From assembly GCA_964448075.1 (NCBI GenBank), contig CAYUUR010000001.1:247371-311370 (forward strand): a DNA stretch of 64,000 nucleotides, given 5' to 3'. Below are positions 11,756-20,538 of the stretch, one piece after another. Below the pieces are notes generated by a model. The model was not told where the DNA came from. It did no database searches and saw nothing but the letters and a program-made list of their open reading frames with translations. The first letter of the stretch is position 1. Each line of letters starts with the position of its first letter. This DNA comes from an uncultured Candidatus Saccharibacteria bacterium (lineage in GTDB: Bacteria > Patescibacteriota > Saccharimonadia > Saccharimonadales > CAYUUR01). The translations under genes were made by a program, and so were the position numbers.

Positions 11756-12165
11756 TATACTTCTCCTGACGTCGCCAGATAGTCTTCTAAAATGAATGTG
11801 GCAGCCAATGCGTCGACGTCTGATTTATTATACCCTTTTTTGCGTTGGTCGAGGATTTCTTCTGCTTTGACAGACGTAAGTGACTCATCTTGGAAATGAA
11901 CTGGCACGTCACAGATCTGCTGCAGTTCATTAACAAACGCTCTGACTTGAGCCGTCTGGGCTGTCTCGCCGCCATGAACGTCACGTGGCAAACCCACCAC
12001 AATCTCTGCGGCATCGTGCTGACGAATGACGTCGACGATATCTTGGTATATTGTTGGGCTGACCAGCAGGGTACTCACCGGCTCTGGCAAACGGGCAATC
12101 GTGTTTGCCCGCGCTACACCGATACGTTTCGTACCAACGTCTAGGGCAATTATTGTGTTACTCAT
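11755..12165 (-). CDS. ruvX: Putative pre-16S rRNA nuclease / Holliday junction resolvase-like RuvX (YqgF)
   Basis: The track ORF extends to 12243, but MSNTIIALDVGTKRIGVA begins at 12165. That ATG overlaps the upstream stop (AATGAGTAA). The protein has the YqgF fold motifs. Confidence 0.85.
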   Translation of the reverse strand: MSNTIIALDVGTKRIGVARANTIARLPEPVSTLLVSPTIYQDIVDVIRQHDAAEIVVGLPRDVHGGETAQTAQVRAFVNELQQICDVPVHFQDESLTSVKAEEILDQRKKGYNKSDVDALAATFILEDYLATSGEV

Positions 12166-13771
12166 TTGTTGCGTCTTCAAATACAATCTGAATTTTTGAA
12201 GTTTTCTTTGGCGTGTTACTGACCCAGAATGGGCTGTAGTCAACGCGGACTTCTTTTACACCAGGATTTGCTTGGATAATAGCCTCAACCTGACTACGTT
12301 TTTTGCCAGCTATCTCTGCAGTTGTGGCAGCCACGTCGATCTTTGGCCCGGCAGTTGCAATGGTCGTAATTGTTATCTGGTCGCCTTCTATTTCAAAGGT
12401 TGCTTCATCAAGACCCGTGCCTACAATCTGCTGTTTGCTGGTGTCTATGTCTTTCTGGGCGGTTTCGCTAACCAACTTATCAAGGTCGTCTTTGTTTACG
12501 CCCGTCATGGTGTAGGTTGTAGTAGCGGTGACAGTAGCCTCGCTGGCCTCGCTGCCGACGGTCGGGCTACTACTGACAGCTGGCTTGCTTTTTTTGAACG
12601 ATTCATCAATGACCATATAGCCGGCATCTTCAAGTTCTTTTTTAAGCTTGGTCTTGGCCGCTTCTTCGCCCTCACCTGAAAGATTCTTGGCAGCACCATC
12701 GACATCCGCTTGACTGAGAATTTTGATTGTTTTGCTTGTACCGCCTGTCATTGTGCTTCCACTTGCCGATAGCTCAGGATATCCTGAAACTGTATAGGAC
12801 GTAGCGGCCAGATTATACTGATCGCCATTTTTTTCGGCAGATACTTGCGTACTACCCCCAAAACAACCGCCATTTTCAAAATAACCCGACATAGTCACGG
12901 TAGAATTAGTAATAAAAGTTAGTCCATTAGCGCTTACTTCGGTTCCAGCAGGGACAGAAGGGGGAGGACCGCTGACATTGTCACATTTGATATAAATAAT
13001 CATTGTCCCGCTCGCCTTGGTACCCACATCCTTGGTGCCGGTTGCGGCTATCTTTTCACTATCGACGTCTTTGACTTCAGCTGTTTTGGCTGGAACAATT
13101 TTGTCCTCCGTGTTCAGCGCGGTTGCCTCAGTGTTAGCGGTAAAGGCAACTTCTGTGTTGACTGTGGCAGTGTCAGTAACAACCGTTATCTTGGCACTCG
13201 GCGCCATAAAGAACGCCCAATATAAGAAGATGAATAGTCCGACCACCCCTGCAATTACCAGGAATAACCTGCCGCGAAACTTCTCAAAGTTCGGTATTTT
13301 GAATTTGCTGTCACTCTTTGGTTTCTTGGCAGCTTTGGCTGGTTTATTGGGCTTCGTTGCAGCTGCACTGACAGCTGTTATGCCCGCGAGTTCGCCAACT
13401 GACTTAGCCCGGTCAACACTATCGCCGTTATCAAGTTCGCCTTCATCAATGATGGCCTCGCTGTTAACAACTGCCAGGTCAGGACCATCTGGGATCTCGG
13501 GCTTAGATTGCAGGTTCTTGGCCACATACACGCCAACGGCACCTGCCAGTGGTAGTAAGCCTGTTTCAGAAGTAATCAGCACCACTTTTTTCTTGGCAGT
13601 TGTTGCTGAACGATGCAGTAGTTTCATATTTACAATGCTCTGCAGCACTGTGGCACGTTTTGGCAAGACCAAGGCCACGATCTTTTCTGGGCTGGCTTTG
13701 ACCTTTTCGATGATGTTGGTTATTTCATCGTCAACGTCTATGTAGATGGTGTCTTTGGTTGCGTCTGCCAT
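12158..13771 (-). CDS. Hypothetical bitopic membrane protein (cytoplasmic N-domain, one TM, large Thr/Ser/Ala-rich ectodomain)
   Basis: 537 aa. The N-domain reads TIYIDVDDEITNIIEKVKASPEKIVALVLPKRATVLQSIVNMKLL. A Lys/Ala-rich linker follows, then the TM LFLVIAGVVGLFIFLYWAFF. It starts 3 nt after the ftsA-like stop. No family recognised. Confidence 0.6.
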   Translation of the reverse strand: MADATKDTIYIDVDDEITNIIEKVKASPEKIVALVLPKRATVLQSIVNMKLLHRSATTAKKKVVLITSETGLLPLAGAVGVYVAKNLQSKPEIPDGPDLAVVNSEAIIDEGELDNGDSVDRAKSVGELAGITAVSAAATKPNKPAKAAKKPKSDSKFKIPNFEKFRGRLFLVIAGVVGLFIFLYWAFFMAPSAKITVVTDTATVNTEVAFTANTEATALNTEDKIVPAKTAEVKDVDSEKIAATGTKDVGTKASGTMIIYIKCDNVSGPPPSVPAGTEVSANGLTFITNSTVTMSGYFENGGCFGGSTQVSAEKNGDQYNLAATSYTVSGYPELSASGSTMTGGTSKTIKILSQADVDGAAKNLSGEGEEAAKTKLKKELEDAGYMVIDESFKKSKPAVSSSPTVGSEASEATVTATTTYTMTGVNKDDLDKLVSETAQKDIDTSKQQIVGTGLDEATFEIEGDQITITTIATAGPKIDVAATTAEIAGKKRSQVEAIIQANPGVKEVRVDYSPFWVSNTPKKTSKIQIVFEDATNE

Positions 13772-13774
13772 AAA

Positions 13775-15052
13775 TTATACTCTGAGCATTCTATCAATTT
13801 TTTCCTTAAATGACCCACTGCCTGAACTGCCGGTTTCTTGCTGAAGCGTGTCCATACCAACACGTAGTAAGCCCATTGCGGTAATGAATGTATGATCGGT
13901 AACATCGCCTGTTTTGTCAACAATGCCGACGACTTGCTCTGGCTGAATATGCTGCACGATTGGCTTCTTGGTGAACGGCAGATTTTTGTGCCATTCGCTG
14001 CCATGAAGTGCATCCATGAGCATATCAAGGCTCGAGCCGCCACCACAGAGCAGGATTTTGTGCGGCAAGTGATCAATCGTATCAAATTCGTCCAAGGCCA
14101 GATCTACACCGTTAATCCAGACATCGAGTGTCTTTTGTAAAGACTGTGCAACCTTAGTCTTCTGTGTATCGCTGAGCTTATTACCATCAAGTGACAACTT
14201 TAGTTCTTCAGCCTGCGGGAAGCTAACGGCAAAGTCTTTTTCTATGGCACGAGTATAGGCGCGACCACCAATTCCGAACATCTTGGTCCCCTGTACGCCA
14301 CCATCATTAACGAGTGCAATATCAGTCGTACCACCGCCAACGTCCATCAGTATGGCACTCATACTAGCATCAGGGTCATCGCCAACCACCGAGCGTGCTA
14401 CGGCGAATGGTTCTGCTGCAACGGCCAGTAGATCAAGGTCGAGCTGCTGGGCAGTCCGCTCTAAAGCACCAATGTGGATAAGCGGCGCGAAGGCCGTATA
14501 AAGCTGCACAACGACTTCTTTGCCCTGAAAGCCAACGGGGTTGGTGACTTTGTAGCCATCAATTTCAATGCCAACAAGTGCGCTGTTAACCAGCCGCACA
14601 TCAATCTCTTTGCCGCCAAGTTCCCAGGCAAGCTGTTGGCGGGCTTTTTCCTCGGCGCGCTCTTGCACAAGGGCAATTATCTGTTCGACTTCTGGGACGT
14701 CTAACGCCTTGCTGCCGTCTTTACGCGCACAGCGTACAGTGGTTGTGGTGCCTTTGACGAGTTCCCCAGCAATTCCAAGGATTGCTGAACGGACACTGAC
14801 GCCTGCTTGCTGCTCTGCTTGCTCCAATGCTTCATTACAGTTAGCTACGACACTGGCGATGTCGGCAATTGCCCCGGCCTGCATATCGTTCAGTGACTGA
14901 TGCTTGCGGCCCACACCGACGATTTCTATCTGTTGATCGGTAATCTTGCCAATGAGTACTTTTACAAACTCCGTACCGACATCAACACCCACAAGATACT
15001 GCTGTTTTGGCGTGGGCGTTCTGTCTCGTAAGCTTTTTATTTTATCAAGCAT
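13775..15052 (-). CDS. ftsA: Actin-like ATPase, FtsA-like cell division protein
   Basis: 425 aa. It has the ASKHA phosphate-1 motif VGVDVGTEFVKV, LMDVGGGTTDIALV and LCGGGS. A C-terminal amphipathic tail (SFKEKIDRMLRV) resembles the FtsA membrane-targeting helix. Confidence 0.75.
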   Translation of the reverse strand: MLDKIKSLRDRTPTPKQQYLVGVDVGTEFVKVLIGKITDQQIEIVGVGRKHQSLNDMQAGAIADIASVVANCNEALEQAEQQAGVSVRSAILGIAGELVKGTTTTVRCARKDGSKALDVPEVEQIIALVQERAEEKARQQLAWELGGKEIDVRLVNSALVGIEIDGYKVTNPVGFQGKEVVVQLYTAFAPLIHIGALERTAQQLDLDLLAVAAEPFAVARSVVGDDPDASMSAILMDVGGGTTDIALVNDGGVQGTKMFGIGGRAYTRAIEKDFAVSFPQAEELKLSLDGNKLSDTQKTKVAQSLQKTLDVWINGVDLALDEFDTIDHLPHKILLCGGGSSLDMLMDALHGSEWHKNLPFTKKPIVQHIQPEQVVGIVDKTGDVTDHTFITAMGLLRVGMDTLQQETGSSGSGSFKEKIDRMLRV

Positions 15053-15152
15053 AATCGCTATCTATTCTAACACGTTCGCCAATCTGTTTGTAGTCTAATC
15101 AGTCATCATGCAGCAGACTCGAAAACTGATAGAATCGTTGTGTTGGATGCTT

Positions 15153-17042
15153 TTACTGTAGGACTGCCTTGATGCGGCGGATGCCAGCACTTGAAGCTTC
15201 TTCTTTGAGGATTTTGAACTTTTTGCCTTCTTCAAACAGCTGCAGGGTATGGTCAACATGCGGGCCACCACAGATTTCAAAGCTAAATGGCTTCTCCGCA
15301 TTATCTGCAATCATCTTGTACACCTTGACTGTATCTCCGTATCGATCGCCGAACTGGCCGAGTGCACCGAGTTTGCCGGTGGCTTCAGTAGTTGGGTATT
15401 CTGCCCAGGAGACTTTAAGGTCTTGGCCAATCTGCTCATTCACAATTTTTTCTACTTCATCGAGCTGTTCACGGGTGACTTTTTCTGGGTGGCTAAAGTC
15501 AAAACGCAGGCGCTCTTCGGTAATGTTACTACCTCGCTGAATGACGTGATCGCCCAGTACATCTCGCAAGGCCTGGTACATCAGGTGGGTGGCGGTGTGG
15601 TACTTCTTGTGCTGCAAGGTCTGACCGCCTAGGCCACCTTTGAAGGTTCCCTTAGCTGCTGTCTGCGAACGCTCACGCTGCTCTTTCATCTTGGCATCAA
15701 ATTCTTTCTGCCAATGCTCGCTTACTTCCACATTTTTCATGAAGGCATCTTCCACGCTCAGCTCAGCCGGGAAGCCATAGGTGTCATACAAGGTAAAGAT
15801 ATGCTCACCAGTTAACTTGCCGCTGGCCGCCATTTTTTCTAGTTCTCGTACGCCTTTGCGCAAAGTTTGGCGGAAGACTTTTTCTTCTCGCGCCAGAGTT
15901 TCAATCACTTCGTCGCGCTTCTCAGCCACATCTGGGAAGTCATCATGGTAAAGGTCGGCAATGACCGGCACAATCTCTTGCATAAAGTTTTGCTCTACAC
16001 CAAGCTCAAAAGCAAAGCGAACCGCCCGGCGCATCAATCGGCGCATCACATACCCTTGCTCTTTGTTACTCGGCTTAACGCCATCAACTGCCAGGAAGGT
16101 CGCACCACGCAAGTGATCGGCAATCACCCGCATTGCATTGGTGTGGCTATCATACTTTTTGCCAGATATTTGTTCTAGCTTTTCAACAATCGGCCACAGC
16201 ACGCTGATTTTGAACACGTCAGGGCTATCAATTGAAGCTGCTGCAATCCGCTCCAAACCACCGCCATAATCGACATTCTGTTTAGGGAGTTTTTCGATTC
16301 CTTTATCGGTCTTAACATATGCCATGAAAACGGAGTTACCAAGCTCAATATAACGACCACAGTCGCAGTTAGGATGGCAATGTTTTCCATATGCTGTGTC
16401 GTGCTTAACACTCGGGAAAAGATAGAACATCTCGGTTGTTGGGCCACCTGGCTCTCCAGCAGGCATTTGTGCTGGGGTTCCAGCACGTGACCACCAGTTT
16501 TTCTTATTGTCATAGAAGAAAATCCGGCCGTCTTGCTCGCCCTTCTCGCCGCCATCTGCTTCAGAACCAATGTCAACTTGCTTTGCATCAACACCTTTTT
16601 CTTTGAATAGACGATCCCATATCTCGGCAGCTTCGCTATCTTTTGGTACGCCTGCTTCCTTATCGCCAATAAAACAAGTCACAAAGATTCGATTAGGGTC
16701 AAGCTTAATAACGTCAGTTAGAAACTCCCAAAACCATGGGATTTGTTCTTCTTTAAAGTAATCTCCGAGAGACCAGTTACCGAGCATTTCAAAGAAAGTC
16801 GTATGACGATTGTCGCCCACCTCTTCGATATCTTGAGCGCGCAAACAAGTTTGGCTATCAACTAAGCGTGTGCCCTTCGGGTGTTCTTCGCCAAGTAAAT
16901 ATGGTACCAACGGCTGCATACCAGAACCCGTGAACAATGTAGTTGGGTCGTTGTATGGCACTAAGAGTGCACGCGGGATAACAACGTGCTGCCGTTTTTG
17001 AAAAAACTCTAAGTAGGCTTTGCGAATTTCTTGTGCTGTCAT
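15153..17042 (-). CDS. alaS: Alanine--tRNA ligase, short form without C-Ala domain
   Basis: 629 aa. The N-terminus is EIRKAYLEFFQKRQHVVIPRALLVPYNDPTTLFTGSGMQPLVPY. The editing-domain motifs HTATHLMYQALRDVLGDHV and CGGPHV are present. The protein ends shortly after the editing domain. Confidence 0.9.
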   Translation of the reverse strand: MTAQEIRKAYLEFFQKRQHVVIPRALLVPYNDPTTLFTGSGMQPLVPYLLGEEHPKGTRLVDSQTCLRAQDIEEVGDNRHTTFFEMLGNWSLGDYFKEEQIPWFWEFLTDVIKLDPNRIFVTCFIGDKEAGVPKDSEAAEIWDRLFKEKGVDAKQVDIGSEADGGEKGEQDGRIFFYDNKKNWWSRAGTPAQMPAGEPGGPTTEMFYLFPSVKHDTAYGKHCHPNCDCGRYIELGNSVFMAYVKTDKGIEKLPKQNVDYGGGLERIAAASIDSPDVFKISVLWPIVEKLEQISGKKYDSHTNAMRVIADHLRGATFLAVDGVKPSNKEQGYVMRRLMRRAVRFAFELGVEQNFMQEIVPVIADLYHDDFPDVAEKRDEVIETLAREEKVFRQTLRKGVRELEKMAASGKLTGEHIFTLYDTYGFPAELSVEDAFMKNVEVSEHWQKEFDAKMKEQRERSQTAAKGTFKGGLGGQTLQHKKYHTATHLMYQALRDVLGDHVIQRGSNITEERLRFDFSHPEKVTREQLDEVEKIVNEQIGQDLKVSWAEYPTTEATGKLGALGQFGDRYGDTVKVYKMIADNAEKPFSFEICGGPHVDHTLQLFEEGKKFKILKEEASSAGIRRIKAVLQ

Positions 17043-17051
17043 ATCTGTTAA

Positions 17052-17477
17052 TTATACCATATTGTGAATGAGTTGGTAGTCCTCTTCACCGAGCCGGTGG
17101 ACGTTTCCCTGAAAAGCCAATGTCCAGTTTTTGGCCGGCCAGCGCTTGGCGTATTCGTACTGTTCAATAAAATCTGCTACCGGCAAGTATTGGCCTTTCT
17201 CCCGCGCCTTAACAAGTTCTATCGGAAAACGGTGCGGATAAACCTCGCCAGGCTTGGTGCTTTCCCATATCGCTGTGTCATCTTCGAAGGCATCACCAAC
17301 CACACGCGCTTCACCGCCGATCGCCTTAACACCAGTCAGATAAAAGAAGACCGTGTCGCCAGGGCGAACCTCACCTGCGGCCTTGCGCCAGCGCGACTTC
17401 ATGCCGGCAATGTCAAAGCCACGACCCCGTGATGTTTCAAAATTATCAACAGAACTTACCAGTAACCAATGCGTCAT
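17052..17477 (-). CDS. EVE/PUA-like domain protein
   Basis: 141 aa. MTHWLLVSSVDNFE...GDTVFFYLTGVKAIGGEARVVG...YPHRFPIE resembles EVE-domain (PUA-like beta-barrel) proteins. It lies 9 nt upstream of alaS. Confidence 0.55.
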   Translation of the reverse strand: MTHWLLVSSVDNFETSRGRGFDIAGMKSRWRKAAGEVRPGDTVFFYLTGVKAIGGEARVVGDAFEDDTAIWESTKPGEVYPHRFPIELVKAREKGQYLPVADFIEQYEYAKRWPAKNWTLAFQGNVHRLGEEDYQLIHNMV

Positions 17478-17564
17478 ATGGCATTAGTCTAGCAAACTAT
17501 TTGCTCTAGAACGATGCATTTGCTATGCTTTTACTCATTAACAATTCAAAAATATAAAGAGACG

Positions 17565-17785
17565 GGGAGAGTTCTAGCTCAGTGAACCGTCAGCAACCTG
17601 CATATTGATACTTCTTGAGCTCGGGAAGAGCAGCCCGACAAAATCTCACACGATTTTGCCGGCGCGATGAGAAACCCTGAAGGGGTGTCTCATAAGCGAA
17701 GCGAACGCAAGGTGCTCCATCTAGCCTGCTCGCAGGAAAGATATCACGGTTTATTCGTCCTTTCTGCCAGCAGAAAGGATTTTTT
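17565..17785 (+). promoter_or_regulatory. Unclassified riboswitch-like structured leader (promoter TTTACT-17-TATAAA at 17530-17558)
   Basis: Nested helices include GACGG/CCGTC, CGGG/CCCG, CAAAATC/GATTTTG, ATGAGA/TCTCAT with an inner CCC-TGAA-GGG, and GAGC/GCTC closing a junction. The leader ends in a terminator whose 3' arm carries the SD. Confidence 0.45.
17759..17785 (+). terminator. Intrinsic terminator / SD-sequestering hairpin
   Basis: CCTTTCTGC-CAG-CAGAAAGG is followed by T6 and then directly by the ATG at 17786. AAAGGA in the 3' arm is the only SD-like element. Confidence 0.6.
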
Positions 17786-18307
17786 ATGTCCGAACAATTG
17801 CCTAGATACAGCGGCACAAACGCACTAATCAAAACGGTCGAACAGATCGTAGCTTTTTGTATTGACGACGAACTCATTACGCGACAGCGCAACGTTAGTC
17901 TGTATCAACCCGAATATGCGCCTATTGAAGAAGGTGTCGAAATTACGCTTGAGACGGTGGCCGCTTCAGACGGGAGCATGCAAAACACCCGCGTAGGGAA
18001 TGTGCATCATATCCGCAATAAAAGCATAATCGGTGCTGGTGCAATAATCGGTAATCATTGCATTATCGGCGCGCGCGTTAGCTTGCAGGAACTTTGTGAA
18101 ATCGACGACTATGCACGCATGGATCATAGTAGTACTGCCTGTCGAGAATCCCGCGTTGAACGAGGCGGCATAGTACTCGTCAACGGCAGACTCGGGGCAG
18201 GATCAATTGTCGGAGAACAGGCCGAACTTGGCTACGACATGGACCTGCCTCCAGAATCAAAGGTTTTGCCGGGTAGTGTCATAACTACTATCGACCAGCA
18301 TCTTTAA
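17786..18307 (+). CDS. Hexapeptide-repeat (left-handed beta-helix-like) protein, function unknown
   Basis: 173 aa. Imperfect hexapeptide periodicity is visible in VGNVHHIRNKSIIGAGAIIGNHCIIGARVS and GGIVLVNGRLGAGSIVGEQAELG. Confidence 0.55.
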   Translation: MSEQLPRYSGTNALIKTVEQIVAFCIDDELITRQRNVSLYQPEYAPIEEGVEITLETVAASDGSMQNTRVGNVHHIRNKSIIGAGAIIGNHCIIGARVSLQELCEIDDYARMDHSSTACRESRVERGGIVLVNGRLGAGSIVGEQAELGYDMDLPPESKVLPGSVITTIDQHL

Positions 18308-18362
18308 AGTAGCCTGAGTAAAACTGCTATGCTACTATTAAGCATAAGTAGGAAATACAAAA

Positions 18363-19460
18363 ATGGAACCCCAAATCCCCCCACAAAACCCCACACCTCT
18401 CCCACAACCACAGCAACCTGTTAGTCAGCCTATTGATCAAGTGCCTGTTCAGCAGAATCCGTATCCAACCGCACCAACGGCATACCAGCAGCCCGCACAA
18501 CCAATTCAGCAAGTGCAGCCTGTGGCACCGGTAGCGCCGGCCGCTGCATATGCGCAGCCTCTGCCGCCAGAGCCAGTGCCGCAATTTAATGCCGACCCTA
18601 CGCAAATCCCACAGTCACCACTGACGCCATCTGCACAGCTACCAATTATTGATACACAAAGTCTTTTCCAGTCTGACGCTCCCGCAGGCTACGAAACCCC
18701 TAGCGAACCATTGCCAGTAAAACCAAAGCGCCACGTATTACTCGCTTTATCTGTATTTATTACTGTTGGTCTGGCGGCAGGGCTGGGTTTCTTTATATAT
18801 AATCGAAATGCTCCTACAGAGAGCGCAGCAGAGTATGCATTCAACGCTGACGGATTTAGCGATGCTAACTCAGCCGTGCTAGAAACGGAGCAAACAGAGA
18901 CCTCAATAGACGCTGACGAGACGAGTTCTGACAGTTCAGATGCAGCCACAGAAGATGGATCATCAAACAGCTCCAAACCATCGAGCTCAGACAGCTCGTC
19001 TACTAATTCAAAGAAGAGCTCTTCAAGTGCACCGCAAAAGAGTACCGCAAAAGCAAAAAGTACTGCGATTGCAAAAGTTACCTGCACTGCCGACGCGCGA
19101 TTTCCTATGAAAGATATTTCGCCAACTGCGGTCAAACAAGTTGAGGCATCCATTAATGCTGCACTCGCCGCCAAGAGCAAAGAGCTCACCAGCTGGCTCG
19201 GGAATAAGGCAGAGAAAAGCAAAGTGACAGATCCAGCAAGCGTAGACACATCACTGCGAAAAGTCCGACCGCAAAGCTGCAAAACAATCCCTGCCATCGT
19301 TCGTGACAAAAATGCTTACAGCAGTAAAGGTGTGTCATTTTTTGTCCTGTTTGATAAAAACGCCTTGGGTACTAAATACGCGAATGCCGTAAACGTCTCG
19401 CTGGTTGGGAATCAATGGAAAACCGACCGCATTACTATTGCCACACCCAACAAGAACTAA
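18363..19460 (+). CDS. Hypothetical membrane protein (Pro/Gln-rich N-terminus, TM, Ser/Asp-rich linker, globular C-domain)
   Basis: 365 aa. The TM is VLLALSVFITVGLAAGLGFFIY, with a low-complexity SSDSS tract. The antisense 206-aa ORF is rejected. Confidence 0.5.
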   Translation: MEPQIPPQNPTPLPQPQQPVSQPIDQVPVQQNPYPTAPTAYQQPAQPIQQVQPVAPVAPAAAYAQPLPPEPVPQFNADPTQIPQSPLTPSAQLPIIDTQSLFQSDAPAGYETPSEPLPVKPKRHVLLALSVFITVGLAAGLGFFIYNRNAPTESAAEYAFNADGFSDANSAVLETEQTETSIDADETSSDSSDAATEDGSSNSSKPSSSDSSSTNSKKSSSSAPQKSTAKAKSTAIAKVTCTADARFPMKDISPTAVKQVEASINAALAAKSKELTSWLGNKAEKSKVTDPASVDTSLRKVRPQSCKTIPAIVRDKNAYSSKGVSFFVLFDKNALGTKYANAVNVSLVGNQWKTDRITIATPNKN

Positions 19461-20497
19461 ATAAGTATCCCACCGCCAAGACAAACGTCTTCCGAGTAAA
19501 TTACTGCTGACTGGCCGGGAGTTGTGGCACGGACTTCGTCGTCGAGTTGCAATACAACAACCCCATCTTCATCGTGGTACTTAGCCGGAACAAGTGGCGC
19601 ACGGTGTCGCGTTCGCGCCATGACCTTCTGGCCGTTTTTTGGAGCATTGGCGATCCAATGAACATCAACTAATCGCAACTTATCATTCCAAAGTCGTCGG
19701 TCAGCGAGGTCTGTTGTTACGTACACTTCGTTCTTAACCATATCTTTGCCAACAACGTAGTATGGCAAGCCGCCGCCAACACCTAATCCCTGTCGCTGCC
19801 CAATGGTGTAATAGATAGCGCCGTCGTGCTGGCCAACCGTAACGCCGTTTTGTTCCTTGATATCGCCGGGTTGAGTCGTAACGTACTGACTGAGGAATTC
19901 CTTGATCCCAACCTTGCCGACAAAACAAATTCCCATACTCTCTTTTTTCGTAGCTGTGACTAAGCCGAACTTATCAGCAAGCTTACGGACTTCTGGCTTA
20001 GTGTAATCACCGAGGGGGAAAAGTGTCTTGCGAAGCGCCTGCTTTGTTACTCTATACAAAAAGTACGTCTGGTCTTTGTTATCATCCTTTGCCATAAGTA
20101 ATTGACCATCCTGTGTGCGTGCGTAGTGACCAGTTGCGATCATATCTGCGCCGTCTTCAAGAGCCGTTTCCAAGAATAGTTTAAACTTAACTTCTTGGTT
20201 GCACATAATGTCTGGATTTGGCGTGTGCCCAGCTTTGTATTCTGCAAGCATATAGTCAACAACTTTTTGCTTGTATTGAGTTTCAAAATCATACATTTTG
20301 AATGGTATGTCGAGCTGCACCGCGACACGTTTTGCATCCTGGTAATCTTCTTTCCAAGGGCAATCAAAACCAGGCAAGTCCTTACTCCAGTTTTTCATAT
20401 ATACCCCTGTGACGTCGTAGCCCTGCGCCTTGAGCAACGCCGCTGTTACAGAGCTATCAACACCACCAGAAAGACCAACATAAACTTTTTTTGACAT
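19457..20497 (-). CDS. mnmA: tRNA 2-thiouridine(34) synthase MnmA
   Basis: 346 aa with the PP-loop VGLSGGVDSSV, YMKNW and the catalytic Cys context GICFVG. Confidence 0.95.
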   Translation of the reverse strand: MSKKVYVGLSGGVDSSVTAALLKAQGYDVTGVYMKNWSKDLPGFDCPWKEDYQDAKRVAVQLDIPFKMYDFETQYKQKVVDYMLAEYKAGHTPNPDIMCNQEVKFKLFLETALEDGADMIATGHYARTQDGQLLMAKDDNKDQTYFLYRVTKQALRKTLFPLGDYTKPEVRKLADKFGLVTATKKESMGICFVGKVGIKEFLSQYVTTQPGDIKEQNGVTVGQHDGAIYYTIGQRQGLGVGGGLPYYVVGKDMVKNEVYVTTDLADRRLWNDKLRLVDVHWIANAPKNGQKVMARTRHRAPLVPAKYHDEDGVVVLQLDDEVRATTPGQSAVIYSEDVCLGGGILI

Positions 20498-20538
20498 AGT
20501 AAGCTTATTTTAGCAAATCTACCTCTGTAAATCTAGTC

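Noticed and set aside
11755-12243. Long N-terminal extensions offered by the ORF track for ruvX (also atpH to 24961, the ARH gene to 33554, thioredoxin from 44672, the DUF296 gene to 50881, and 55441..56265)
   Set aside because: The extensions run into the preceding gene and encode motif-free sequence. Internal ATGs coincide with the conserved N-termini and with SD or stop-start coupling.
13017-13745. 242-aa plus-strand ORF
   Set aside because: It is antisense to the 537-aa gene, which sits in a tightly coupled minus-strand operon. It is a low-complexity Ser/Ala/Thr/Leu translation typical of the shadow frame of a Thr/Ala-rich gene.
17565-17785. Assignment of the leader to the ydaO (c-di-AMP) or cobalamin riboswitch classes (GAACCGUCAGCAACCUGC resembles the ydaO ACCCGnCAGCUAACC element and, more weakly, a B12 box)
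   Set aside because: The match is a single short element in the wrong position, near the 5' end instead of the 3' end. The other conserved blocks of those classes are missing or not collinear.
18363-18620. Pro/Gln-rich repetitive DNA considered as a tandem repeat or contingency locus
   Set aside because: No exact nucleotide repeat unit is present. It is a compositionally biased coding region (the N-terminus of the 365-aa membrane protein).
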